Below are positions 17,196-26,607 of a DNA stretch of 27,453 nt, piece by piece. The notes below the pieces were generated by a model. The model was not told the origin of the DNA and did no database searches. It saw only the letters and a program-made list of their open reading frames with translations. The translations under genes and the position numbers were made by a program. The stretch is taken from NCBI GenBank assembly GCA_048940925.1, contig JBHLOC010000055.1, positions 1 to 27,453 of the forward strand. The letters are read 5' to 3'. Position 1 is the first letter of the stretch; every line of letters starts with the position of its first letter. Source of the stretch: Promethearchaeota archaeon. Its GTDB lineage: Archaea > Asgardarchaeota > Lokiarchaeia > Sigyniarchaeales > SOKP01.

Positions 17196-17450
17196 GTAAG
17201 TGAAGTTTAATATTTTATAATATTTTTTTTTAAATAGACTTATTTGCATCTCATTTAATTCTTATTTTATTTCGATGACTTAAATCAAAAGATCATTACT
17301 TCTTCTTTCTTTTTCTATTCAAATTTATTTAAAGGCTTTAGTTTTGTTAAAGTTCATACTCCATCTGAAGTTTTGTATTAAAAACTATAAATTGTTATAA
17401 TGATCTCTAATAAATAGAAGAGGCAGAATAAATAAAATTGGTGAAAATGT

Positions 17451-17654
17451 ATGGATTTAGAAAATTTATATTTAACAAGGTATTTGCACTGTCCAAATTG
17501 TAATTGTATGCATATTATAATGGATCGAAAAATTCTTGCATGCCCAGTATGCAATTTATTTAAATTTAAGAAGACAAAAGAATCTAAAATTGGTTTATCG
17601 ACTTCTCTTCAAAATGGTTGTAATTATGTTCATAACTATAAACAAGAATCTTAA
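17451..17654 (+). CDS. Small Zn-ribbon protein
   Basis: CPNC...CPVC; GGTGA 6 nt upstream of the ATG. Confidence 0.6.
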   Translation: MDLENLYLTRYLHCPNCNCMHIIMDRKILACPVCNLFKFKKTKESKIGLSTSLQNGCNYVHNYKQES

Positions 17655-17675
17655 GAGAAAGCTTTAAAAAAATAC

Positions 17676-19010
17676 TTGGAGCAGAAAAATATGGAACAAG
17701 AACCAACTAAAAAAAATTTCAGACATTATCTTTACTTTTTGTTTGGACAACAATTTTCAATGTTAGGATCCTTAATCGTTGGATTTGTCATCACCTGGTG
17801 GATCACTATAGAAACGGGAAGTGCTGTTTATCTTTCTATATCTGTCTTTTTAATGTTTCTTCCACAGATTGTAATTCCCCTTTTTTCAGGCGTAATTGCA
17901 GATAGATGGAATAAAAAAGCCATTATAGCAATTTCAGATGCTATGCAAGCATTAGTAACATTTGTACTGTATGCATTTTTTCTCATGGGTTTTCAAAATA
18001 TATGGTTAATTTTGGCAATAAATACATGTAGGGCAGCATTATATGCGTTTCAATATCCTGCAGTTCAATCTCTTGTCCCTGTGTTGGTTCCAAAAGATAA
18101 TCTTAGCCGGGTTAATGGTGTGAATTTTATATTTTCTGGCGTAATTTTTAGTATAGGACCAGTAATTGCTGCAACACTCTTAGCATTTTTCCCTATTACA
18201 CAGATTTTCCTTATTGATATTATAACATTTTTTATTGCACTTATCCCATTGTTGCTAATAAAAATACCTTCTGTCCGGAATATAACTGAAGAAGCCACAG
18301 AAAAGTCACTCTTTAAGGATTTCAAAACAGGGCTATTAACAATCAAAATGATTCCGGGCTTATTTGCGATGATTGCGTTAGCAATGATATGGAACTTTAT
18401 TAATAGACCCTGGGCAGTACTATTACCTTACTTTATTAGATATACACATGACGGTACTGCTTTTGATCTTGCCCTTTTAATGACAGTGTCTCAAATTGGA
18501 AATATTGTTGGTTCCTTGATTACTTCAATTAAGAAAACGTGGAATCATAAAATAAAAATAAATCTAATTGGTGCTTCATTATTTTTTGTATGTCAAGCTT
18601 TTGCTATTATTGCACCCAAGGGGAATTTCATACTCATGATGATTTTTCTTTTTCCTGCGTGGATGACATTTCCAATCACAGTTTCTACCTACTTAGCAAT
18701 TCTACAGAATGTAGTTTCAAAAGATAAGGTAGGTAGAATAATGTCAATTGACCATATGATTTCGATGGCAATTGCTCCCATTGGAGCACTTATAGCAGGA
18801 CCATTAGCAGAACTTATTGGAATAATCAATTTATTTCTTATTTGCGCTATTATTGGAATGATTTTTCCTATTTTCTTGTGGTTTTTTACAAAAATCAAAC
18901 AACTAGAAATCATTGATAGAGAAATAATGGTGAAATCTGAAGAAGAGAAAGAAATGGAAGAATTTATAGAAACCCCCGAAATTGTCCAAGCTACTGAACC
19001 TATAGAATAG
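17676..19010 (+). CDS. MFS transporter, MefA/DHA3-like drug:H+ antiporter
   Basis: About 12 TM; GQQFSMLGS..V.F...WWIT..TGS; MFS motif A GVIADRWNKK; LVPKDNLSRVNG. Start may be ATG 17691. Confidence 0.92.
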   Translation: MEQKNMEQEPTKKNFRHYLYFLFGQQFSMLGSLIVGFVITWWITIETGSAVYLSISVFLMFLPQIVIPLFSGVIADRWNKKAIIAISDAMQALVTFVLYAFFLMGFQNIWLILAINTCRAALYAFQYPAVQSLVPVLVPKDNLSRVNGVNFIFSGVIFSIGPVIAATLLAFFPITQIFLIDIITFFIALIPLLLIKIPSVRNITEEATEKSLFKDFKTGLLTIKMIPGLFAMIALAMIWNFINRPWAVLLPYFIRYTHDGTAFDLALLMTVSQIGNIVGSLITSIKKTWNHKIKINLIGASLFFVCQAFAIIAPKGNFILMMIFLFPAWMTFPITVSTYLAILQNVVSKDKVGRIMSIDHMISMAIAPIGALIAGPLAELIGIINLFLICAIIGMIFPIFLWFFTKIKQLEIIDREIMVKSEEEKEMEEFIETPEIVQATEPIE

Positions 19011-19012
19011 AA

Positions 19013-19033
19013 TTTTTTTATTTTTGTGTTTTT
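19013..19033 (+). terminator. Oligo-T tract, probable archaeal intrinsic terminator
   Basis: TTTTTTTATTTTTGTGTTTTT immediately after the MFS stop. Similar tracts follow 17195, 21363 and 24415. Confidence 0.45.
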
Positions 19034-19205
19034 GAAAATCTAAAAATAAGGCATTTTAAATGAGTTTTTAATCAATTTTAAAAAAATATAAGATTAAGTT
19101 TGTAATTATTTATTTTCTAGGAGAAAGTTTTTAACATTTTCTTCTTTTTTTTTTAAAATTCATATTATTAAATTATATAAGATAATTGATTAGATGTGAA
19201 AAGGA

Positions 19206-20384
19206 GTGAGTGGACAAGATAGGTTTTTTGATGAAATAATCGATCGTACTGAGACTCAATCTGCCAAATGGGATGTGTATGGAAAAGATTTACTACCCTT
19301 ATGGGTAGCAGATATGGATTTTCGGGCACCCCAACCTATAATTGACGCTATTACTGATCGTGCAAGACACGGTATTTTTGGCTACTCTTACTTCCATAAT
19401 ACTTATTTTGATGCTGTATTACGGTGGTTTAAACGAAGATATAATTGGGAAATTAAAAGAGAATGGTTAAATTTTACACCTGGTGTCCTTCCAGCCATTA
19501 ATATAGCTATTAAGTCATTTAGTAATCCCGGTGATAAAATCATCGTTCAAAATCCTGTGTATTATCCTTTCTTTGGAGCTATAAAAAATAATGGACGACA
19601 CATACAATTCAATCCTTTGAAGTTATCCAATGGACGCTATCATATGAATTTTGATGATTTGAAAGAAAAAGTCAAAGATCCAAGAGTAAAAATGGTTATC
19701 CTCTGCAGTCCTCATAATCCGGTTGGAAGAGTATGGACTAGAGAAGAGTTAACCCAATTAGGAGAAATCTGTATCGATAATGGTATTTTAGTTGTTTCAG
19801 ATGAAATACACTGCGATTTAATATATTCTGGTTACACTCATATAAACTTTGCTTCGATAAATGATGAATTTGCTAATAATTCAATAACTTGCACTTCATT
19901 GAGTAAAACATTTAATCTTGCGGGTCTCCAACTCTCAAATATCATAATTCCAAATCAAAATTTACGTAGATCTTTTACTAATAGCATCGAAAGTATATTT
20001 ATCCCAGAAGAATTTGGATATCTTCCTAATAGTCTATCATTAGTAGCTTTTACTGCTGCATATCAAAAATGTGATGAGTGGTTGGATTCACTTATTTTGT
20101 ACTTGGAAAAAAATGTAGAATTTCTTAAATTATTCCTCAAAAATAAAATCCCAGAAGTTCAAGTGATTGAACCAGAAGGAACATATCTTGTATGGCTTGA
20201 TTTTAGGAAATTAGGGATTGATGATGATAAATTGGAAGATTTTTTACATAAAGAGGCAAAAGTAGCTTTAGACAATGGGGCTATGTTCGGAGAAAATGGA
20301 AAAGGCTTTCAAAGAATAAACATTGCATGTCCGCGATCGATTTTGGAAGATGCTCTTAAAAGAATCCATAGAGCAGTAAAGTGA
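19206..20384 (+). CDS. patB: MalY/PatB family PLP-dependent cystathionine beta-lyase (C-S lyase)
   Basis: LPLWVADMDF, HGIFGY, LCSPHNPVGRVW, SDEIHCD, SKTFNLAGL (PLP lysine), PEGTYLVWLD, RINIACPR. Confidence 0.93.
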   Translation: MSGQDRFFDEIIDRTETQSAKWDVYGKDLLPLWVADMDFRAPQPIIDAITDRARHGIFGYSYFHNTYFDAVLRWFKRRYNWEIKREWLNFTPGVLPAINIAIKSFSNPGDKIIVQNPVYYPFFGAIKNNGRHIQFNPLKLSNGRYHMNFDDLKEKVKDPRVKMVILCSPHNPVGRVWTREELTQLGEICIDNGILVVSDEIHCDLIYSGYTHINFASINDEFANNSITCTSLSKTFNLAGLQLSNIIIPNQNLRRSFTNSIESIFIPEEFGYLPNSLSLVAFTAAYQKCDEWLDSLILYLEKNVEFLKLFLKNKIPEVQVIEPEGTYLVWLDFRKLGIDDDKLEDFLHKEAKVALDNGAMFGENGKGFQRINIACPRSILEDALKRIHRAVK

Positions 20385-20628
20385 AAAGTTCACTACTAAT
20401 TTTTAATTCTAAAATTAATAATCAATGTTTATGGTGCTTTTGAACTTTTATTTGAAAATTTTTAAATAATTACTTATATAATCCTATTGAAAAAGAAGCA
20501 ACTATAAATGTGTCTAGAAAACAAATTACTGTTATAAAAGTATTTAGTCCTGAAGAATGTTTTTGACAAAATTCGATAATTATTTTTGATTTCTACTAAA
20601 CTGTTGATATTTTTCGATAAAAGGAAAG

Positions 20629-21363
20629 TTGAGGAATATGTCTCTAAAAAAGAATGAGAGATTGGCAGAATTTATCATAAAGGAGATTGATTTAAACATA
20701 GGTGTTATTCTAGAAGGAGGCTGTGGAGAAGGACAACTCACTATACCTTTTACCAAAAGAATTAGTCAATACATAAATGAATTTAGAATTATCGCTTATG
20801 ATCTTTCATCTGAACCTTACTCTGGAAGCCTTGATGTGTTGAAGGAAAAAATCCAACAAGAAAGTCTTGAAAACAAAATTGAGATTATGGAAGGCGATGT
20901 AAGAAAAATTGATAAATTAAAAAATAAGAGTATCGATTTTATTTATTCAAATGAATTATTTTGTGAGTTAGATAGAGATGGACTCGAAAAATGTCTAAAG
21001 GAGTTCTATAGAGTCTTAAAACCTGATGGTCAAATGGCACATGCGGAATATGCCCCCATTCATGAAAATTTAGCTCAGAAACTATTTATTGAAGCAGATA
21101 CTCACTCTTTAGAGACCTCTTTACCTAAGCCTGAATGGTTCTCCCCAAATTCTGATGAGGTTGCTGCTTTACTGCATAAAATTGGATTTAAAAATATAAC
21201 AGTTAAATATTTTGAGACATCTATTCATATGAATTATGAAGAAGCAATCCAAGCCTTTAAGGATTGGACAGTAGATCCCAGATTTATAGAGAAAAATAAA
21301 AAAGATTTACAACTTTGTGGTATAGAAACTCCTATGGAACATGTAATTTTCTGTAATAAATAA
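20629..21363 (+). CDS. Class I SAM-dependent methyltransferase
   Basis: ILEGGCGEG motif I; GDV; LKEFYRVLKPDG. Start may be ATG 20638. Confidence 0.9.
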   Translation: MRNMSLKKNERLAEFIIKEIDLNIGVILEGGCGEGQLTIPFTKRISQYINEFRIIAYDLSSEPYSGSLDVLKEKIQQESLENKIEIMEGDVRKIDKLKNKSIDFIYSNELFCELDRDGLEKCLKEFYRVLKPDGQMAHAEYAPIHENLAQKLFIEADTHSLETSLPKPEWFSPNSDEVAALLHKIGFKNITVKYFETSIHMNYEEAIQAFKDWTVDPRFIEKNKKDLQLCGIETPMEHVIFCNK

Positions 21364-21471
21364 GTAATTCAATTGACACCTATTTTTTTTATAAAATTTT
21401 CGCTCTCCAGTACTTTAAAAATAAAAAGTTGAATTTTTTATTTATAAACTCCACTAAAAAGTGAATTTAAT

Positions 21472-21633
21472 ATGGGTAGTGAAGCTGTATATATTCCTGA
21501 GTTTGATCTATTAGCATGTCCTTTTATAAATAGATGTAAACTTCCTAAAATTGATTTTTTATGTAGAATTCCAGAATGTAAGACTTGTCCTGACTATTTT
21601 TCAAATGTTAACAAACTAAGATACATCTTATAA
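21472..21633 (+). CDS. Small Cys-rich protein (53 aa), below ORF-track cutoff
   Basis: MGSEAVYIPEFDLLACPFINRCKLPKIDFLCRIPECKTCPDYFSNVNKLRYIL*. AGTGA upstream and TTTATAAA TATA-like element at ~21441. Ends 2 nt from the convergent gene's stop. Confidence 0.7.
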   Translation: MGSEAVYIPEFDLLACPFINRCKLPKIDFLCRIPECKTCPDYFSNVNKLRYIL

Positions 21634-21635
21634 AA

Positions 21636-22433
21636 TTAAATATATTTCTTAATCCAAGTGATAGTTATTTTAATAAATTTATCTAAATAAATTCCATCAA
21701 AATTATGAGTAGCCTTTTCAATTTCACTAAGATTATGATTTTTATCGTGGGGCATTATGCTAAATGCTTTTCTTGTCTGAGAAAGTTGCACTGATTTGTC
21801 TCTTGTACCTTGAACTATTAATGCTGGGGTTCTTAAGTTTTTAAGATAAGATTCAATATCATATCCTGAAAGATCTTCTACAAAGGTATAATCTATAATA
21901 ATAGGTTCATAATCGCCTGAAGAGGGGAGCGAAAGTGTTTTTTCTTTATTCTTTGTCATTGCTGAAAATAAATCTTTAATAAAAAACGCAGGAGCCCAAA
22001 ATATGTATGTTTTTACATCGGGTAGAGAAGCAATTAAAGCTGTAAGTCCACCAAATGAGAGACCAAGAACAGCAATCCATTTATATCCTTGATTTTGTGT
22101 CCATTTATATACATCTTCGAGGTCTTTAGCCTGTTTAGATAAAGTTATGAGCTCTCGTTCATTCTCACCAGAACCTGAAAAATCAAATAAAACAGCATCA
22201 ATACCCTCCTCATTTAAAGCTTCAGCTGTTTTATTAAAACGACCCCATTCATATTTATCTCCTGTAAGCCCATGACATAATATAATCAATGGATTTTTGC
22301 TATTTATTAGATAAGAATACTCTTTTTCACTCAAAAAATGAACAGCATGGAGATTCCCACCAACACTTCTCGGAATTAAAATCTTTTTATCCATAATTCT
22401 ATTAATCTTTAAGAATTTAAGTTCTTTTCTCAA
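21636..22433 (-). CDS. Alpha/beta hydrolase (serine esterase/peptidase-like)
   Basis: LCHGLTG oxyanion region, FDFSGSGE, GLSFGG nucleophile elbow, QGTRD acid, ATHNF His. Start probably ATG 22394. Confidence 0.9.
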   Translation of the reverse strand: MRKELKFLKINRIMDKKILIPRSVGGNLHAVHFLSEKEYSYLINSKNPLIILCHGLTGDKYEWGRFNKTAEALNEEGIDAVLFDFSGSGENERELITLSKQAKDLEDVYKWTQNQGYKWIAVLGLSFGGLTALIASLPDVKTYIFWAPAFFIKDLFSAMTKNKEKTLSLPSSGDYEPIIIDYTFVEDLSGYDIESYLKNLRTPALIVQGTRDKSVQLSQTRKAFSIMPHDKNHNLSEIEKATHNFDGIYLDKFIKITITWIKKYI

Positions 22434-22618
22434 AATTTAAAACTTATGTCTATGCTTTATCTAATCCATTTACTACGGTTTATAACAAACTTGGGTATTT
22501 GATCTCCTATTGCTCCTATCGTTTCTTTATTAAAGTTCACTCTAAGTTCATTAATTTCATCTATTTATAAGATCTATGATTGAATAAACATAGTCATAAT
22601 GAAATATTACAAAAATAG

Positions 22619-23173
22619 GTGAATGTGGATTTGAAAAAGAAAGAATTTGAAGGCAATCTTTTAAGCCCATTACCCGTAGTTTTAGTTGGCGCTCTGGTTA
22701 ATGGAAAACCAAATTACCTTGTGATTGGTTACATTACTCCCTTTGATTTTGGAAATTATATTTTTTTCAGTTTGTATAAGGGGCGGTATACAAGCATTGG
22801 AGTTCATGAAAATATGACATTTAGTGTAAATATTCCTGCAGAAGATCTTTTAGCTGAAACTAATATTTGTGGCAGCAAATCTGGTCGAGATTATGATAAA
22901 GCATCACTTTTTGATACGTTTTATGGAGTTTTAAAGACAGCTCCAATGATTAGTCAATGTCCAGTTAATATTGAATGTAAAGTAAAGGAAATTATTAACT
23001 ATGATCCAAATGAAGGAATTATCGGAAAAGTAGTAAAATCTTATGTCATTCCTCAATACGTAGAAGAAGATAAACTTGATTGGAGAAAAATTCATCCGAT
23101 TATATGGACTACAGGTGGTGATTATAATTTCTACCGTCTTGGTGAACGAATAAACCAAGATGAAGAGAATTAG
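22619..23173 (+). CDS. Flavin reductase-like (flavoredoxin) FMN-binding protein
   Basis: PLPVVLVGA..NGKPN, FSVNIP, CGSKSGRDYDK, APMISQCPVNIECKV. Confidence 0.9.
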   Translation: MNVDLKKKEFEGNLLSPLPVVLVGALVNGKPNYLVIGYITPFDFGNYIFFSLYKGRYTSIGVHENMTFSVNIPAEDLLAETNICGSKSGRDYDKASLFDTFYGVLKTAPMISQCPVNIECKVKEIINYDPNEGIIGKVVKSYVIPQYVEEDKLDWRKIHPIIWTTGGDYNFYRLGERINQDEEN

Positions 23174-23203
23174 TTTCAATAAATGAAAATTTTATAATCA
23201 AGG

Positions 23204-23401
23204 ATGAAGCATGAAAAAGCATTAATAGAGTTAGTGAAAATCTCTTTTTCAGTGTTTTAGTGAAAATTTTAGCAAATTTTATGTGTTCTATATTTTGCTA
23301 ACAGTAATTCTTTTGATGAAAATTCAAGGAAGAAAGAGGAATATTTTATAGGGAATAGTATTAGGGGAATAGTTGAATATACTTCAAAAAAACTCAATTA
23401 A
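23204..23401 (+). pseudogene. Possible decayed ORF with three in-frame stops
   Basis: MKHEKALIELVKISFSVF**KF*QILCVLYFANSNSFDENSRKKEEYFIGNSIRGIVEYTSKKLN*. Protein-like composition but no family confidently recognised. Confidence 0.25.
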
Positions 23402-23521
23402 AAATTAATTTATAATAATAAATAAAACTATAACCAATATTTAATTTAAAGATTAGTGAAATATCATATATTTATTTATGACTAATTTTATTTGAATAAG
23501 AATAGGAGAAAATAAAAAAAT

Positions 23522-24415
23522 ATGGATTTATTACGAACCCCTGAAGAGAGATTTGAAAATCTCCCTGATTTTCCATTTGAACCTCATTTTGTAGAAGTTA
23601 ATGGTATTAGAATTCATTATGTGGATGAAGGACCAAAAGATGCAGAAGTAGTTTTATTAATGCATGGTGAACCCTCTTGGAGTTTTTTATACAGACATAT
23701 GATTCCCATCCTCGTGAAGGCGGGTTTTAGGTCAGTGGCCCCAGATTTAGTTGGATTTGGGCGTTCTGACAAACCAACCAAGAAAGAAGATCATACCTAT
23801 GCAAAACATGTACAATGGATATCAAAATTAGTCGAAATGCTTGATCTTCAGAAAATAACCCTGTTCTGCCAAGATTGGGGATCTTTAATTGGATTAAGAG
23901 TTGCAATTGAAAATCAGGAGCGTTTTAATCGAATAGTACTATCCAATGGAGGATTACCTACGGGTGAACAACGTATGAATGAAGCCTTTTCAAACTGGCG
24001 ACAATTTTCAAGAGAATCCCCTAATTTTGATATTAAATTTGTTGTTCAAAGTGGAACAACTACAAAATTATCAAATGACATTTTAAATGGGTATGACGCA
24101 CCATTTCCAGACGATACATATAAAGCGGGTGCTCGAATATTACCATCATTAGTACCAATTACTATCGATGATCCAGAATATGAAGCTAACAAGAAAGCTT
24201 TTGAGGAATTTGGAAAATGGGAAAAACCATTTTTGACTGCATTTTCAGATAGTGATCAAATTACTAGTGGTGGAGATAGGTTCTGGCAAGGTTATGTTCC
24301 AGGTGCTAAAGGGCAAAATCATACAATAATTAAAAATGCTGCTCATTTTGTACAAGAAGATAAAGGCCCTGAATTAGCAAAACTCATTATAGAATTTATT
24401 GCACATACATCTTAA
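23522..24415 (+). CDS. Haloalkane dehalogenase (HLD-I, DhlA/DhmA-like)
   Basis: LRTPEERFENLPDFPF N-terminus, HGEPSWSFLYR, PDLVGFGRSDKP, QDWG nucleophile Asp-Trp, YDAPFP, FSDSD acid, HFVQED His; SD AGGAG. Confidence 0.92.
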   Translation: MDLLRTPEERFENLPDFPFEPHFVEVNGIRIHYVDEGPKDAEVVLLMHGEPSWSFLYRHMIPILVKAGFRSVAPDLVGFGRSDKPTKKEDHTYAKHVQWISKLVEMLDLQKITLFCQDWGSLIGLRVAIENQERFNRIVLSNGGLPTGEQRMNEAFSNWRQFSRESPNFDIKFVVQSGTTTKLSNDILNGYDAPFPDDTYKAGARILPSLVPITIDDPEYEANKKAFEEFGKWEKPFLTAFSDSDQITSGGDRFWQGYVPGAKGQNHTIIKNAAHFVQEDKGPELAKLIIEFIAHTS

Positions 24416-24553
24416 AATTTTTTTTTTTAAAGACTTTTGGAGTGCCTATATAACAGATACTGCTATATGAGTTTATATTTCTGTTTAGTAAGATTTATAT
24501 GGATTAATATATAAAAGAGATTAGAAAAATCTTTAACGATGTGAAATATTTTT

Positions 24554-25825
24554 ATGCAAAGAGAAAAAGTCTATTTAAAGTTAGCTGGAAGAAATCTCAT
24601 TAGTTTTAAGGTAACCGACGAAGGGCAACTAATAGGTACAGGAATTCTAAATCCACTTCTTAAAAAACTTCGCCTATTTGCTATGCTTTACTTACAGTCA
24701 AATTTTTATAAAAATTATAATAATCTTGCGCGATATAAAGGCAAAATGGTACCAAACACCTTTGCACCCCCAGTTGGAAGTCGTCCTCAATTTCGAGCAC
24801 TTAAAGGATTGATTAAATCCCATTTACTCCCTCGTCCGTCTCCAATTGCAATGACTTTTGCTATAACATATAGATGTCAATGTAATTGTGTCCATTGTAG
24901 CGCAGGAAGACATATAAAAAAAGGTGTTAAGGAACTTACAACAGAAGAAGCAAAGAAAGTCATTGATGACAGCCAAAAACTTGGAGTATCAATTTTAGCT
25001 TTTACGGGAGGTGAACCTTTACTCCGAGAGGATTTATTTGAATTAATCTCTCATGTTGATAAACGAAAAGCTTTACCTATTATGTTTACAAATGGTCAAT
25101 TTCTTACTGATGATAACGTACAAAAATTAGTTGATGCTGGACTTTACTCTCTCTTTGTAAGTATTGACAGCCCCAATCCTGAAGAACATGACGCGCTGAG
25201 AGGGATGCCTGGCCTTTATAAGACTGCTATAAACGGACTTAAGAAAATGAAATCAAAGGGTGTGATGGTAGGTATTTCTTCCTACGCGACGCGAGCATCC
25301 ACTGAAAAAGGAATGTATAAAAAGATGCATAAACTGGCTCAAGAGGTTGGAGCTCAAAATGTAATTCTTTTTGATGGAGTTCCAACAGGAAATATGCTGA
25401 AAAATACAAGCATTATTCTGACACCAGAACAACGTGAAGAAATTCGCGAATATTCTGAAAGAATTTTTAATGAACAAATCATACCTCCTCTTTCATCCCA
25501 ATCATGGCAGAACTCCGTTGAAGGAAATCTTTCAGGAATTGGTTGTCTTGCTGGAAATATACAATATTATGTTTCTGCTTATGGAGATGTCGCACCTTGT
25601 GATTTCACTCCCCTCTCTTTTGGTAATATACGTAAAGAACCGCTAAAGAAGATATGGAAAAAAATGGTTTATCATCCTGCCTATAGTCATCGAAGTTCGT
25701 TTTGTAGGATGCAAAATCTCAAATTCCGACATTGCTATATCGATCCAATTCCCGATAATGCTATCCTTCCATATCCAGTTTTTCGATTACCTCAAGTAGA
25801 TTATCGTGAAACGAAATTGTCTTAA
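24554..25825 (+). CDS. Radical SAM protein with SPASM/Twitch C-terminal domain
   Basis: CQCNCVHC (CxxxCxxC), FTGGEPLLR, FTNG, VSIDS; GCLAG...GDVAPC...FGNIRKEPLKKIW...C. Confidence 0.92.
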   Translation: MQREKVYLKLAGRNLISFKVTDEGQLIGTGILNPLLKKLRLFAMLYLQSNFYKNYNNLARYKGKMVPNTFAPPVGSRPQFRALKGLIKSHLLPRPSPIAMTFAITYRCQCNCVHCSAGRHIKKGVKELTTEEAKKVIDDSQKLGVSILAFTGGEPLLREDLFELISHVDKRKALPIMFTNGQFLTDDNVQKLVDAGLYSLFVSIDSPNPEEHDALRGMPGLYKTAINGLKKMKSKGVMVGISSYATRASTEKGMYKKMHKLAQEVGAQNVILFDGVPTGNMLKNTSIILTPEQREEIREYSERIFNEQIIPPLSSQSWQNSVEGNLSGIGCLAGNIQYYVSAYGDVAPCDFTPLSFGNIRKEPLKKIWKKMVYHPAYSHRSSFCRMQNLKFRHCYIDPIPDNAILPYPVFRLPQVDYRETKLS

Positions 25826-25963
25826 ATATTAAATCAGATCTTTCGATCCTTTAATAAAAGGTAATATCAATAATTTTTTATTTACTCTATTCAATTTGCA
25901 TGCCCTTTGAAGTGTGAATATTATAATGTGTGAAATACATATTTAAATTTTCCTGTATATAAC

Positions 25964-26572
25964 CTATTTTTTCACAATATATTCAAGTATGCATGTCCTT
26001 CTTGTGTTAAAATATCTTCCTTTTAGGATTTTAATTTTTTCTTTAAAGATTATCTCAAAATCATCAAAATAGTTATCAGGCTCATCATCTTGATAATAGC
26101 TATGCAAATAGGCTTCATCCCCTTCTTTAGTAATGATTTCGCCAGGAGCTTTTTCTTCTCCTTTTCCGAACCATCTATCATCAATAGAAAGAAAATTCAA
26201 ATAACATAATCCTCCTTTCTTCAAAACCCTAAATATTTCATCAATAGCAATACCAGTATCTTTCTTTGTTAAATGAAAAATAGAGTTATAGGAAAAAACG
26301 AACCCAAAAAATTCAGAGTCAAATGGAATTTTTCTCATATCTCCTTTGATAATATTCAAATCTATACCTTGATTTTCGCAAAATTTTATAGATTTTTTGA
26401 TTTGATCATCAGATATATCTATTCCATATGTCTCAAAACCATTTTCATAAAATAAGGCAAGTTTTGGATCAGGTCCCCCTGCTCCGCAATCTAATACGAT
26501 CTTTTCTAATGGACTAGATATCGCATATCTAAGAAAATTATATATCGAGGGTGGATAAAATTTCTTTATCAC
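25964..26572 (-). CDS. Class I SAM-dependent methyltransferase
   Basis: VLDCGAGG, GIDIS, GDMRKIPF, EIFRVLKKGG. Confidence 0.9.
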   Translation of the reverse strand: MIKKFYPPSIYNFLRYAISSPLEKIVLDCGAGGPDPKLALFYENGFETYGIDISDDQIKKSIKFCENQGIDLNIIKGDMRKIPFDSEFFGFVFSYNSIFHLTKKDTGIAIDEIFRVLKKGGLCYLNFLSIDDRWFGKGEEKAPGEIITKEGDEAYLHSYYQDDEPDNYFDDFEIIFKEKIKILKGRYFNTRRTCILEYIVKK

Positions 26573-26607
26573 AATTCATAACCATTAAAATTAAATTAAG
26601 AAAATAC

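Noticed and set aside
22457-22564. Minus-strand fragment IDEINELRVNFNKETIGAIGDQIPKFVINRSKWIR
   Set aside because: Short, preceded by stops and with no recognisable family; insufficient support.
19008-25966. Genome-wide reassignment of TAG to an amino acid
   Set aside because: TAG ends the MFS (19008-19010), flavin reductase (23171-23173) and methyltransferase (25964-25966) genes at plausible natural C-termini, the first followed by a T-tract. Only site-specific readthrough remains possible.
706-26455. Short overlapping/antisense ORFs in the track (706, 1530, 2354, 3913, 4581, 8027, 8857, 10026, 10288, 10311, 12657, 12793, 13393, 15383, 15665, 18065, 18689, 22931, 25253, 25434, 26273)
   Set aside because: They lie within or opposite better-supported genes and show no recognisable motifs; shadow ORFs.
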